64,000 nucleotides of DNA, taken from positions 128,001 to 192,000 of IMG/VR virus record IMGVR_UViG_3300044852_000015; one strand, given 5' to 3'. The stretch is from a virus. Taxonomy: Duplodnaviria > Caudoviricetes. Positions 29,205 through 39,473 of the stretch are shown piece after piece. The position numbers were made by a program, and so were the translations under genes. The notes beneath the pieces were generated by a model, which saw only the letters and a list, made by a program, of their open reading frames with translations, was not told where the DNA came from and searched no databases. Within the stretch, counting starts at the first letter, position 1, and each line of letters begins with the position of its first letter.

Positions 29205-31205
29205 TTAGTTGCGACCCCAGTTGCCGGTGAACGGCGAGCTGAAGAGGCGGGAGTTCTGCTGAGTAGCGGTGCCGTAGTTGAAGAAGTTACCCACGTTCTG
29301 GTTAACAACCAGGTGGTCCAGAGCGTAACCGCCGCGCTGTACTTGACCCGCGTTGTCATCCAGACCTTTGGCAGGACGGACGTTCAGGCCGGACTTCACG
29401 ATCGCTTCCGACAGTGCGTCCAAGAACGCGTTGTCGAAGCTGACGCGACGAGCGAAGCCTTTGATCACGATGTCGCCAGAGATCAGTTGACGCAGGATTG
29501 CTTTGCGCTGATCCAGACGGACTTCCAATGCGACTTGGGTGTTGCGGTGGGTATCTTCCCACGCTTCAACCAGCTTCGGATTGGTTTTGCCAGCCAGGTT
29601 CAGGATTGCAACGTAGTCCAGCTCACGCAGGTCACGACGATTGCCTTCGCGATCGTAGTAGTAGCCCAGGTGGATGCGGTCTTGGTCATCGTAGCAGACC
29701 GGCGCCGACGCGTTGAACAGAGTCTGGAAGTGACCCATGGTCAGGTTGTTGGCCGCTTGCAGGATTGCCAGGCGAGCATCTTCGTTGCCGTTGGCGGCAG
29801 CGATGAAGGTTTGGTGAATCCAGCTCAGCTCACCAGCTTCTTCGATGTCCAGGGTGTAGATCAACTTCGGAGCGATCAGCATGTTGATCAGTTGGCGCAT
29901 TTCGTTGTCACCGAATTCGGCGCTACGAGTGTCCAGACGATCAGGCTTGGCTTGCGGATCACCAGTCAGGTTGATTTCATAGCCCAGCGCGCCCAGGTCT
30001 TTCAGGTCAACGTCGTTGCCTTTGCCTTTGTGGGTGCGGAAGGTACCGGACCAGTGCATGTTGCGGTTCAGGCCCAACGCGGTGCTGAGTGCCAGCAGTT
30101 GCAGCTCCATGGTGACGGCGTCAGTCATGGTGTCGATGGTGGTCATGACCAGACGAGGCTGGTACATTTGAGTAGCCATCGGTGCTTGTTGCTGGAACAT
30201 GCCCATTTGCGGCTGTGGTTGGAAACCGGCAGCGGCAGGTTGGTACATCAGGTCAACGTACGCAGTAACGCGAGTCAGTTGACGAGACTGTTGCAGGCCG
30301 AACTGAGCATCGGTTTGAGTCTGTGCCGACATGCCGACAACGATGTCACCACGGACCGGCAGGCCCACGATGTTTTCTTCGTGCTGACGGGTGAAGTCAA
30401 CGCGAGCGATCATCTGGTCGTTGGCACCAACTTCGCCGAGGGTGAACGGTTCTTCAACCGAACCCAGCTTGTTGTCCATGATGGTGTACACCGCCTGAGT
30501 GGCGTTGTGCAGCAGACGGTTGAAGCGGGTCTCGGTGAAATCTTCGGTTTCCGAGTTGATGATCACGCAGCCGCCGTCGTGAACCAGGGCATTGATGCCA
30601 TAGCTGTCGATGACGAACTTTTCCAACACCGACCAGTACGACTTGTGCAGGTAGATGTCACCGGCCACGACGTCGACTTCAACTTGCTGACCGTTCAGGT
30701 TCACAGTCGAGCTTTCCAGCGGAGAACCCGAGGATTCAACCATCAGGCTGTAGACCGCGATGTGGTTCTGACCGCCGACGGCTTCCTTGTAGCAGACCAG
30801 GATCGAGCTGTAGGTAACCGGCGTTGCGTTGTTGTCCAGCACCAGGAGACGGAAGTCAGCTTTCTGCTGCTCGTTCATGGTTTTGGCGATGCGGTCTTTC
30901 AGGCCTTGAAAGATGACGCTGACGTCTTCGCCGGCCATGTTACGGCCAACTGGACGACGGTGGTTGGCGTTGATGTCGAGGACCGAACGGCCACGGCTAC
31001 CGACGCGGGAAGAAGGCTGGTTCACGTTTGCACCTGCTTGAGCGAAAGACTGTTGTTGGGATTGTTGAGCTTGTGGTTGAACTTGTGGCTGCTCAGCCTG
31101 TGGAGCCGACTGAGATGCCTGAGGATTCAAACCTGCCGTACGCATGGCATCGGCCATTGCATTGTTCGGAGGGGTTGGGTTGTTGCTGTTCTTCTGGACG
31201 GCCAT
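29205..31205 (-). CDS. chmA: Chimallin, phage nucleus shell protein
   Basis: 666 aa, disordered N-terminus, very strong codon bias, immediately upstream of nvRNAP beta-prime as in all Chimalliviridae. Confidence 0.85.
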   Translation of the reverse strand: MAVQKNSNNPTPPNNAMADAMRTAGLNPQASQSAPQAEQPQVQPQAQQSQQQSFAQAGANVNQPSSRVGSRGRSVLDINANHRRPVGRNMAGEDVSVIFQGLKDRIAKTMNEQQKADFRLLVLDNNATPVTYSSILVCYKEAVGGQNHIAVYSLMVESSGSPLESSTVNLNGQQVEVDVVAGDIYLHKSYWSVLEKFVIDSYGINALVHDGGCVIINSETEDFTETRFNRLLHNATQAVYTIMDNKLGSVEEPFTLGEVGANDQMIARVDFTRQHEENIVGLPVRGDIVVGMSAQTQTDAQFGLQQSRQLTRVTAYVDLMYQPAAAGFQPQPQMGMFQQQAPMATQMYQPRLVMTTIDTMTDAVTMELQLLALSTALGLNRNMHWSGTFRTHKGKGNDVDLKDLGALGYEINLTGDPQAKPDRLDTRSAEFGDNEMRQLINMLIAPKLIYTLDIEEAGELSWIHQTFIAAANGNEDARLAILQAANNLTMGHFQTLFNASAPVCYDDQDRIHLGYYYDREGNRRDLRELDYVAILNLAGKTNPKLVEAWEDTHRNTQVALEVRLDQRKAILRQLISGDIVIKGFARRVSFDNAFLDALSEAIVKSGLNVRPAKGLDDNAGQVQRGGYALDHLVVNQNVGNFFNYGTATQQNSRLFSSPFTGNWGRN

Positions 31206-31292
31206 CTCTGGTTCCTTTTCTTTTCGAGGGTTACTAGCACAACATTAGCCAATGCACTATTCTAATACATTTACTGCTAAGTGTTCATGTTG

Positions 31293-31310
31293 GTAATATG
31301 TGGCTCAAAT
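31293..31310 (-). promoter_or_regulatory. Phage early-type promoter for chmA
   Basis: TTTGAGCCACATATTAC. Confidence 0.65.
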
Positions 31311-31423
31311 TGCTTTGAATCAACTATTACCGATTCTTTGGATCATGCGCCCATATTCACTAAGTGCTCATCGCACCCAGAAGGATCATTTTCCTTATAA
31401 GATATAGCGGCGTATGTATTCTT

Positions 31424-31714
31424 TTACTTAATCAGGGTATTGCTGATCACGCAGTGTACGTAATGTCCATCGGCTTTAGCTGCTTTGCGAGCATCTATCT
31501 CAGCCAGCGATTCCATCAGTTGCTTGGAATCGAACGGGTACTCGGTGATGGTGTGTCCACGATCCTTGGAGATACCCAAGACAACGTGGCGTTCGTAAAT
31601 CTTCCTTTTAGCCTTCTTAGGCTTATCTGGGATTTCTACTTCAGGAGCATCGCCAGTAGCCCGAGCAATGTCCAGTCTCAGTTGTGCTTCCCAGTCTTTC
31701 AATTCTTTGGTCAT
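31424..31714 (-). CDS. Hypothetical protein
   Basis: 96 aa, GGAG RBS, promoter at 31777. Confidence 0.7.
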   Translation of the reverse strand: MTKELKDWEAQLRLDIARATGDAPEVEIPDKPKKAKRKIYERHVVLGISKDRGHTITEYPFDSKQLMESLAEIDARKAAKADGHYVHCVISNTLIK

Positions 31715-31776
31715 AGCGGTTCAACTCCATAGTTGAAATAGATTAGTGATAGCTTTAGGTGTAGTCTATCACGAGG

Positions 31777-31794
31777 ATAATATGTATTTCAAAT
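31777..31794 (-). promoter_or_regulatory. Phage early-type promoter
   Basis: TTTGAAATACATATTAT. Confidence 0.6.
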
Positions 31795-31824
31795 TCCTTT
31801 GAATCCAGTTTAAGGGCGCCTACC

Positions 31825-32925
31825 ATGTACACCCTCTTTAATGAAACAATCTGGGGTTCGAGCGGTGTTACTATTACTTACCCCAAATACGAGCAAGCCC
31901 TCAAAGGTCTACGTTTGAATTTGGAGCGAGTGGTTGACTACAACCGCCAATACCCCAGAGCTACCAACAGTAATCACTTCCTCGTGAAATTGCTGCAATC
32001 CCTCAACGTACCATTAAGCATGGACGTCAACATTTACAGGGACAGAGTCACTGAGGTGGCTGAAGGTGTGGGGATGGCCCTGAACCTAACCTCTTCTTTA
32101 TATAGAGGCCGTGTGTTCAGTCCCGGTGTGTTCTACGGGAAAGGGTCTTACGAGATCATCATTGCCCATTCTGAAGATTGGGACATTACCAACATCGAGG
32201 ACGAATGGGAGGACTATCGCCCAGTCACCTTCCTGACTCATCCCAAGACAGACTTGGGTATTGATCTCCCAGAAGGTCTACAGAACAGTTCAGAGACTGG
32301 GTTGTCTGTGATTCTGGTGAACGTTCCGATGTTGGCCTGTCAGTACAAGATGTGGCGGCTACGGGAGTGGACCCAGAACAATGAGGCACAACGTACCAAG
32401 ATGCAGTTCGTGGCGTCTTACCCGTTGACCAATGCTCTGTACTCCCAGTTGGACCTCGCAATCCTCAATCGCTTCCAACACATCTACCGTGGTGAGTCTA
32501 CCGCACGTTCTCTCCTGCGTCGTCCGTTTGCTTTGACTGACTGGTATCCGAACGTGGACTTTGCTTTGGATCAGATGTCTGTTGACTTCCGTAAAAGGAA
32601 GATGTCGTTTGACCAAGCCCTGATGTGGATCAAGGGTGTGTCTAACTGGACACTGCGCGATGCTGTACGGATTCCTGCAATGGCACCTACCCGCCAAGTG
32701 GTGTGGGCTCTGGGGATGGCTCGAGCTTCTCTGGTCAAGTTCTTGTTGGACTGGACTGTGGAAACTGGGAACGACCGTAATAAACAGTACGCCAACATCA
32801 TTCAGTTGGAAACCAGTCGGTTGTTGAATGACAGTGCACTGCGTGGTGCTCTACCACCCACAGCGACTAAGCTCTGGGAAGACATCTTTAAAGAAATCGT
32901 CATAAAAGCTAAATCGGTACGGTAA
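31825..32925 (+). CDS. Conserved core protein (gp52-like)
   Basis: 366 aa antisense gene between polymerase and chimallin; synteny. Confidence 0.65.
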   Translation: MYTLFNETIWGSSGVTITYPKYEQALKGLRLNLERVVDYNRQYPRATNSNHFLVKLLQSLNVPLSMDVNIYRDRVTEVAEGVGMALNLTSSLYRGRVFSPGVFYGKGSYEIIIAHSEDWDITNIEDEWEDYRPVTFLTHPKTDLGIDLPEGLQNSSETGLSVILVNVPMLACQYKMWRLREWTQNNEAQRTKMQFVASYPLTNALYSQLDLAILNRFQHIYRGESTARSLLRRPFALTDWYPNVDFALDQMSVDFRKRKMSFDQALMWIKGVSNWTLRDAVRIPAMAPTRQVVWALGMARASLVKFLLDWTVETGNDRNKQYANIIQLETSRLLNDSALRGALPPTATKLWEDIFKEIVIKAKSVR

Positions 32926-32972
32926 GCTAAACAGCCAGGGCCGCGAAGCCCTGGCTGTTTAGCCTTTATGCC
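32926..32972. terminator. Bidirectional intrinsic terminator
   Basis: GCTAAACAGCCAGGG/CCCTGGCTGTTTAGC stem plus TTTATGCC. Confidence 0.8.
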
Positions 32973-35194
32973 GCTGGTGTGGCTTCGAGGAAGTCCGATA
33001 CAAGCTTGGTGTTATTGTCGTTAGACAGGAAAACGCCGAGTGATTCCAAAATCAAATAGAACGGACGCACGGTCGAGTACACGAGTTTACGGATGTTCAT
33101 TGCAGACAACACTTCAGTTGGCAGACCAGTCAGTTCCACAACGTCCTTCGGTAGGAGCAGTGTGGTTGCGTTTGGCTTACCTTCATACTGACTCATCAGG
33201 CCTTCACGGATGTGTTGATCCTGAATACCTTCAATCCAACCAGCAATGGCTGTCTTGTTAGGTAGGTCTAGCGAAACCTTGATCGCCGAGTACGGTGGCT
33301 TTGGGGCCTCACCGTATTTGTCGCGGAACACACGTTCCCACAACAGGTAGTGCTGGTATGGAGATTGACCAGGGTTGACGTAGGCACCAGCATCTTTCAC
33401 AGAAGCCCGAGCGAGGTACTTGGACTCAGCTCTCATCACCGAACTAATAATACCGTGTTCGATGTCAGCGACTTTCTGCATGATGTCGGTGATCTTGATC
33501 TTTTCCCCAGCCATCACGCTGTCCATGACTCCACACATGGTGGCCGTCACTTCTTTCATGATGTTCGGTGGGCAGTTCGAGTCTTTGAGGTAAACCCCTT
33601 TGATCTCTTCTTCCAGCTCACTGAAGACGTTACCTTCTTTGGCAGCCTTGTAGGCGTAGTAGTGCTTAGCCATCGAAGTCAGACTGAAGACCGAGAATGC
33701 AAACTCGTTCTTCATCGCGAACACGTTGATCTTGTCCGGGACTACACCCAGCGTTGTGGACAGTTGTGCCAGAACGTGGATGATCGACTGAGTTGCCAGA
33801 TAGACCATGGTGTAGTTCACAGCAAAGGCCGCTTCGCTGAAGTCTACCTTACCGCAGTACCACTGAACCCAGTTCTGTACGGTGAAGATCGTGGAGTCAG
33901 TGTCGGAGGTGATTGCTACCTGACGCACCGAGTCACGAATCCATGCTACCGAGGCAGGCATGTTGTCCGTTACCCAGAACGCGTTGATCATGATCACGTA
34001 GTCATTCAGTACTTGGTGGATGTTCTTCACCGTAGCACCGATGATGCAGTAATCCTCAGGACGCTGTTCCAACAACTTACCCAGACCCAAACCAGCCAGC
34101 TCGTTGGAGCACAGGAGGCTCACGAACGCCTTGAGGTCGTTGTCCATACCCTTGACGTAGGTCTTGGCTTCTTCCAGCTCAATACCGACTGTGGCCTTAC
34201 TGGACAGGCGTGCCATGAACACACGCATCGGCAAGTCGTTGAACTTACACAGATGCCACATGTCACCCACGTAAGCAAACGCCGAACGCTCGAGGTCATT
34301 CAGACCCTCTACCAACAAACGGATCTCAGCCACTTGACGCTTGTTCACCCAGTAGTGTTGCGTGGAGTACATAATCAACTCCATCACTTCATCTACAGTA
34401 GGTGCCCGCAGACCGTAGATCTCCATTGCCTTTTGGATCAAGTCGTAATCAACGTGACCAATGATGCTGACAATGTTGGCCTTCACAACGTCTGGTGACC
34501 AGTAGTGTCGGTTGCCCGCCAAGAACTTCTCGTTGTTTGCATTGCCCAGACTGGTACCTACCCGGCAGGTAGAGGTCAGACTTGAGTGTGCAGACTTGTT
34601 GTGTAGGATCGTAGAGGCAGAAGCTTGACCACCAGACAGACTGTTGTTCGCAATCTTGTACGTGGTCTGTTCGTTCTCTTTCAGGTCTTCCAGTTCACCC
34701 ATGGTCGCCGCTTGACGATTCATGATGCGGGCTTGAACTGTGTCGCCTGCTTTCAGGAACTCTTCAGCTTTGAGTTTGAATTCCTGACCGGCCATCTTGG
34801 CTTCCAGACCTTCGTGCTTCACCTTACCACGACCGACGATGTTACCGGTGATGTATTCGGAGAGCAGGGAAGGCAAGACATCAGGGTGCTCGTAGACCGT
34901 CATGCTGGGTGCAAATAACCAACGGTTTTGGATGATGTCTTTCAGGTACTGCGTGAAAGTGGTTTCATGTTGTCCACGATCACCTACTTCATTGCGATGT
35001 AAGCAAAGTAGTGCAGGGTCGACTATTTCAAACTTCCCCCCAGGGCCAGTCTGACGCTGTACGTAAGCCACACAGTCTTCAATCGGTTTGCCTGTACGTT
35101 TGCTTAGGAAAATCGCCATGTCCCGTCGGTAGTTCCCCACGACGTCCAGATCGCGCTTATATGCGTTAGCTGGCTTAACAAAATGGTTCTCCAT
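32966..35194 (-). CDS. Family B DNA polymerase, polymerase domain (gp50-like)
   Basis: YKIANNSLSG (motif B), SDTDST (motif C), KHYY, IKGV. Confidence 0.9.
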   Translation of the reverse strand: MENHFVKPANAYKRDLDVVGNYRRDMAIFLSKRTGKPIEDCVAYVQRQTGPGGKFEIVDPALLCLHRNEVGDRGQHETTFTQYLKDIIQNRWLFAPSMTVYEHPDVLPSLLSEYITGNIVGRGKVKHEGLEAKMAGQEFKLKAEEFLKAGDTVQARIMNRQAATMGELEDLKENEQTTYKIANNSLSGGQASASTILHNKSAHSSLTSTCRVGTSLGNANNEKFLAGNRHYWSPDVVKANIVSIIGHVDYDLIQKAMEIYGLRAPTVDEVMELIMYSTQHYWVNKRQVAEIRLLVEGLNDLERSAFAYVGDMWHLCKFNDLPMRVFMARLSSKATVGIELEEAKTYVKGMDNDLKAFVSLLCSNELAGLGLGKLLEQRPEDYCIIGATVKNIHQVLNDYVIMINAFWVTDNMPASVAWIRDSVRQVAITSDTDSTIFTVQNWVQWYCGKVDFSEAAFAVNYTMVYLATQSIIHVLAQLSTTLGVVPDKINVFAMKNEFAFSVFSLTSMAKHYYAYKAAKEGNVFSELEEEIKGVYLKDSNCPPNIMKEVTATMCGVMDSVMAGEKIKITDIMQKVADIEHGIISSVMRAESKYLARASVKDAGAYVNPGQSPYQHYLLWERVFRDKYGEAPKPPYSAIKVSLDLPNKTAIAGWIEGIQDQHIREGLMSQYEGKPNATTLLLPKDVVELTGLPTEVLSAMNIRKLVYSTVRPFYLILESLGVFLSNDNNTKLVSDFLEATPAA

Positions 35195-35285
35195 TACAAC
35201 TCCTAAGCTTGAGGTCTCTACATTCTATTGGTCGGGTACGGATTTTAATACGCACGGCATAATAGGGCGGTCTCCCGCCCCACTA

Positions 35286-35903
35286 TTAATCAGCAATGGC
35301 TTCAACCGGTTCAGCTTTCTCAGCCTGTACCTTAATCGTCCATTCTTCAAACAGGCTACTGATCTTGGCCTTTTCTTCGTCCGTGCGCTTGGCAGGTTGG
35401 TTAACAATCACCTGCTTCATTGGGAACGGGAACTTCGGCAGCTCGGTCTCGGCGTTGGGAACTTCCAAGTCGATCTTGATCCATGGGTGACGCTCACCAG
35501 ACTGGGTGGTGTAGACATCCACTTCCCACTTCAGGTCAGTACCTTCGATCGGGAAGAGGTACCGGGTCTTGTTCAGCCCTTTGTCGGCGAAGAAGCGGTA
35601 TTGCTCGAAGAAGTCCTTAGAGCAGATCTGCTCCACCTCTTTCTTACCGAGTTCCCCTGGAGTCTTGGTCTTGACACACATCTGGTACGTGTTGTCATCA
35701 ATGGCCCGGACACGACACTGAGCAAAGCTACCCTCACCAGTATCACGGTAAGATTCCCACTGCTCCTGCTTTTCCTGACCACCGGCTTGTTCGATCCAGT
35801 CCCAGTTCTGAACTTCGCCAAAGAAGGCGTATTCGATCTCTTGCTGTACCGCTCCATCAGCACCGTCTTCCAGTGAGATGTTCAAACGTCTTAATGACGA
35901 CAT
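35286..35903 (-). CDS. CYTH / triphosphate tunnel metalloenzyme
   Basis: EIE, RVR, KTRYLF, WEVDVY, IDLEV; start moved to ATG 35903 with GGAG RBS. Confidence 0.75.
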   Translation of the reverse strand: MSSLRRLNISLEDGADGAVQQEIEYAFFGEVQNWDWIEQAGGQEKQEQWESYRDTGEGSFAQCRVRAIDDNTYQMCVKTKTPGELGKKEVEQICSKDFFEQYRFFADKGLNKTRYLFPIEGTDLKWEVDVYTTQSGERHPWIKIDLEVPNAETELPKFPFPMKQVIVNQPAKRTDEEKAKISSLFEEWTIKVQAEKAEPVEAIAD

Positions 35904-36039
35904 AAAAACTCCAATATGGGCAAAGAAAAAAGATAGGGGCCGAAGCCCCGTATCTAATCCCACCAACCAGGAACCAACAGCCCATGCTAGTCCTAATGGT
36001 GACACGGCCCAACGTGTCATAGATTAATGGGTTGAGTAT

Positions 36040-36450
36040 TTAATTACCGGCGCTGAGTTCTACTTGGTCGTAACCGTTCGAACCCAACAGTGCCAGAATC
36101 TGATCCCAGTCCGAAGGTTTGACCCCAGAGATCTTGGCGTTGATCACCGTGTAGTCAGACAACACGATGCTCGATTCCTTAATCCACGGCAAACCCAGGA
36201 TCTGGCGTTGACCAGAAGGGAACTCAATCCGTACGTAGAGGTAGGCGTCAGGGTCGTTGGGCGTACCGCTAGGCAGTGAGCCGAACACGTTGGCGTGGAT
36301 CTCATCAACCCCAGTACCCAAGTCGCGGGCGGTGGTGGAGTCGATGACACCGAGAACCTTGACGTTCTTGAACTGGGAGTTCAGTACGGCGGTTGGCCAT
36401 ACCGAGAAACTCACAACAGACTTTTGAACCAGTTTGTCTTGTGTAGCCAT
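36040..36450 (-). CDS. Conserved core protein (gp49-like)
   Basis: FKNVKV, GLPWI motifs; synteny. Confidence 0.6.
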   Translation of the reverse strand: MATQDKLVQKSVVSFSVWPTAVLNSQFKNVKVLGVIDSTTARDLGTGVDEIHANVFGSLPSGTPNDPDAYLYVRIEFPSGQRQILGLPWIKESSIVLSDYTVINAKISGVKPSDWDQILALLGSNGYDQVELSAGN

Positions 36451-36782
36451 GAGTATGGAAACTCCTGAAACTCAACTAGGACCAACCCGCTAAGGTTAAT
36501 CAATTTGATGGAATGAAGAGTACCCCTAACGAGTCGCCGGTAAAGTAGTTCCTCGCGCATCCCTTCGACGGTGTCCCAGAACAACTCTAGGAGGTCGTGG
36601 TCTAGCGTGCGGGTGTCGAGATCGAATGGATCTTGTAACCCTAAAACCATTTTCACCAACAATTCAAAATCCTCAGGCTGACACTCATCTTCGCCCATGG
36701 CGTCGAAGGTGGTAGCACTCAGGGTCTTGTAAATCGCTAGGGCCTCAATTAAGTTGGTGGACACGAAAGCAGCACGACCCAC
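36411..36782 (-). CDS. Small paralogue-array protein 7
   Basis: GTG start after GAGG; C-terminal beta hairpin. Confidence 0.6.
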   Translation of the reverse strand: MGRAAFVSTNLIEALAIYKTLSATTFDAMGEDECQPEDFELLVKMVLGLQDPFDLDTRTLDHDLLELFWDTVEGMREELLYRRLVRGTLHSIKLINLSGLVLVEFQEFPYSWLHKTNWFKSLL

Positions 36783-36793
36783 ATTAACCTCAC

Positions 36794-37147
36794 TTAGCCA
36801 ATAAATTCCAGGATAATGGTGGAACTCACCAGCGACTGGAAACGGTACATCAGTTGACCGTCCGGTTTGTAGAGCTTCATCTGTGTCATACACTTCAGAA
36901 GACTCAGTCCGTATTGCTTCAAAGCGTTGGCCATGATCTCACCATCAGTGGTGAACGCACCGTCTACGGCTTTGGAATTCAATACTAACAAACAGTAACG
37001 ATCTAACTCGCTCATGTTATTACCGTCAGACAAGTGAGTAATTACATTTCGAGTCTCTTGAACTAGGTCATACCCCACCACTTCCATCATCGACATGGTG
37101 CTACGGAACTGCTTCACGGCAGCGGCGCTATTCAGTGCGACATTCAT
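36794..37147 (-). CDS. Small paralogue-array protein 6
   Basis: 117 aa ORF. Confidence 0.7.
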   Translation of the reverse strand: MNVALNSAAAVKQFRSTMSMMEVVGYDLVQETRNVITHLSDGNNMSELDRYCLLVLNSKAVDGAFTTDGEIMANALKQYGLSLLKCMTQMKLYKPDGQLMYRFQSLVSSTIILEFIG

Positions 37148-37186
37148 AATTCACTCGTCATAAAGGGAGGGGTGCCGAAACACCCC

Positions 37187-37603
37187 TCACCAGTAAGATT
37201 CAACCAAGACGTTACCACCAATCCATTGACGGGTTAAACGGTATCCGAAACCTGGGGTTTTGAAGTACTGACTAGTCATGTCCGAGATCAGCATGTGGAT
37301 CTCTAGCGCAAGGTTCGTCAGGTTATGTAGGGCGATGGCTTCATCGTCAGTCAGTTCGCTGAGGTTCTGTTGCCCCTTGACATTACAAAGGAAGTGATCC
37401 TCTATAATGCCCATCACGGTCCACGTCTTATCGTAACGGATGTGGAGGTCAGAGATGCTGAAGGAGAGTTCAGCTAACCCTTGTAGGCTAACGTCATGCT
37501 CCAGCAGGTAGGGTTCCAGATGCCAGTAGTCCCGGAGGATTCTACTCACCGGGATCAAGATGGGATTTGAACGGGCAATTTTAAGGTCACTCATGATGGT
37601 CAC
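37187..37603 (-). CDS. Small paralogue-array protein 5
   Basis: 138 aa ORF. Confidence 0.7.
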   Translation of the reverse strand: MTIMSDLKIARSNPILIPVSRILRDYWHLEPYLLEHDVSLQGLAELSFSISDLHIRYDKTWTVMGIIEDHFLCNVKGQQNLSELTDDEAIALHNLTNLALEIHMLISDMTSQYFKTPGFGYRLTRQWIGGNVLVESYW

Positions 37604-37621
37604 TCACTCGAGTGCATCGGG

Positions 37622-37993
37622 TTAACAGCGAATCAAGTCTACGATGTGTCCGTGCTTCGGGGCCAGTCGTAGGTCGAAGTCGTAGTTCCCGTATTTAAGT
37701 AACGGGTGTAGGTAGCGAGCCACTGCTTTCTGGATACGGATGTAGTCTTCTTCGTAAACCATCAGTTGTGCACGATGGGTCATGAAGTAGGCGTATTCCA
37801 ATTCAGTGAGGTGTTGGACTAGGAAGTCATCCATAGAACAGATCACGCTTTCGTCGTAAGCACTAGGGTCTCGTGTGAGTTCCCCATAGATCACGGCTTG
37901 AACGAATTCGTCCCGATCCACACCGAGTTGCTCCAGAATACATTTATCCACCGCTGGGAGTAATGTGTCTCGGAGGTAGAAGCGTATGGTCAT
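37622..37993 (-). CDS. Small paralogue-array protein 4
   Basis: 123 aa ORF, GGAG RBS. Confidence 0.7.
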   Translation of the reverse strand: MTIRFYLRDTLLPAVDKCILEQLGVDRDEFVQAVIYGELTRDPSAYDESVICSMDDFLVQHLTELEYAYFMTHRAQLMVYEEDYIRIQKAVARYLHPLLKYGNYDFDLRLAPKHGHIVDLIRC

Positions 37994-37994
37994 G

Positions 37995-38489
37995 TCAGAC
38001 TCCTAGGTATTCACGTAAGCCTGATGCTACCCAGTCACCGTTCTCCAAACTACTCTCTACATCCTTCCTCAGGAGTTCGATATGGTTCTGGGGGTTGTGG
38101 GGGCGACACCGTGCCAATTGTAACAGCTTGATGTCACCTCGTGGGGTCAGATCAAAGTGCCAACTCCAATCATCAGCATTCTCTTTGATCATTCTCCAGA
38201 TGTAACGTTTAATGAAATCAATAGCTTCCTCCACCATATCCTCAACTTCTTCTTGAGGGATCTTGTCGGAGTAGCTACGGATCTGATTCACCACAATCTC
38301 ACGAGCTGCCACCACGTTGCCGTAAAAGCAGTTCTCCACCGTACCTGAAAGAATCCCTATTAGGTTCAGATAGTTAGCACCAACGCCCAAGTACGGACGT
38401 AGACGACCTTCCAACTGCTTAATGATGGGTGTCCCAGGTATGACGTACGTCGCCGCGAGAGTAATGCCAATCCCAAATTCGGTAGTCAC
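37995..38489 (-). CDS. Small paralogue-array protein 3
   Basis: 164 aa ORF, start uncertain. Confidence 0.65.
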   Translation of the reverse strand: MTTEFGIGITLAATYVIPGTPIIKQLEGRLRPYLGVGANYLNLIGILSGTVENCFYGNVVAAREIVVNQIRSYSDKIPQEEVEDMVEEAIDFIKRYIWRMIKENADDWSWHFDLTPRGDIKLLQLARCRPHNPQNHIELLRKDVESSLENGDWVASGLREYLGV

Positions 38490-38961
38490 CTTTGAACTCC
38501 AACATCAAGTTATTGCCTAAGGGCTTGATCACGCAGACCTTCCACGTAGGTTCAGTCAGCAACTTCATCATGATCTGGTTTACTCCACCCGCAATGGGGT
38601 CGAGTACTTGGTTATCCAGTTCCGAGAAGAAGCAGTCGCCTTCACCACGACTCACGGGTTGCCCTACTACTTGCTCGTACCCAGGCATCAATCGAGCCAG
38701 TGCACCAGCGATGTAACCTACTTCAAAGAATTCACGAGGGTAGTCACCAAATACTCGTGACAACTTACGGGTATTCATTTCCAACTCGTACCACTGGAAC
38801 CAATGGCGCAGTTCCCGACAGACAATCGCTTGAGCCAACAGGCGACATTTGTTGACAGTGATATTAGGCACCATCTCAGGATGGCCGGCTGACAACAAGA
38901 AGTTATCAAAGTGATACTTCAGGGTAAGCGCTGTAGCATCAACAGGGAATAGGAAGTTCAT
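38419..38961 (-). CDS. Small paralogue-array protein 2
   Basis: 180 aa ORF. Confidence 0.7.
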   Translation of the reverse strand: MNFLFPVDATALTLKYHFDNFLLSAGHPEMVPNITVNKCRLLAQAIVCRELRHWFQWYELEMNTRKLSRVFGDYPREFFEVGYIAGALARLMPGYEQVVGQPVSRGEGDCFFSELDNQVLDPIAGGVNQIMMKLLTEPTWKVCVIKPLGNNLMLEFKGDYRIWDWHYSRGDVRHTWDTHH

Positions 38962-38971
38962 TGGGTAGCCT

Positions 38972-39328
38972 TTAAAGGTACAGATACAAACCCGTGGGTC
39001 TGATCATCAACGTCAATTCACCTTCTGGAATCAAGTAGTGGTTACACGCCTTGATCTTTCGGTAAAGCTGAGTGCGTAACAAGTTTTGCTTGTCTAGCTG
39101 GTGGATGAGTTTGTACACGTCTGTTGGAGCAGTGTCCTCTCGGAACATTAACAGCAGCGTACTTTCGATGCAGTCTTTGAGCCACGTAGTCTCGATGGTG
39201 ATCATCAACCACTGTGGATCGTGTTGGTGTAATAGATGTCGGAACTGAGGAGTACTCAGCGCATCCCGTATCTCGCAGTGTAACATGACCTGCATGTTAC
39301 GGTAATCGGTTACTAGCTGAAAGTCCAT
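38972..39328 (-). CDS. Small paralogue-array protein 1
   Basis: 118 aa, first gene after promoter 39362. Confidence 0.7.
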   Translation of the reverse strand: MDFQLVTDYRNMQVMLHCEIRDALSTPQFRHLLHQHDPQWLMITIETTWLKDCIESTLLLMFREDTAPTDVYKLIHQLDKQNLLRTQLYRKIKACNHYLIPEGELTLMIRPTGLYLYL

Positions 39329-39361
39329 CGTTCTAACCTTTCTGAAGGTTTGTTCAATTGG

Positions 39362-39379
39362 ATAATATAGGTCTCAAAC
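39362..39379 (-). promoter_or_regulatory. Phage early-type promoter
   Basis: TTTGAGACCTATATTAT. Confidence 0.65.
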
Positions 39380-39473
39380 TTATTAGGATGACCTGTATGC
39401 TCTCTACTCTATAACATCAGGGGTTGATGTGAACTTATACACGGAGTCGCTCACACGAGCTTACAGAGGGCAT

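Noticed and set aside
29313-31265. Long antisense ORFs (650 aa here; also 19090..20631, 17735..19093, 33350..34498, 47613..48851)
   Set aside because: Shadow frames of strongly codon-biased real genes; no RBS or motifs
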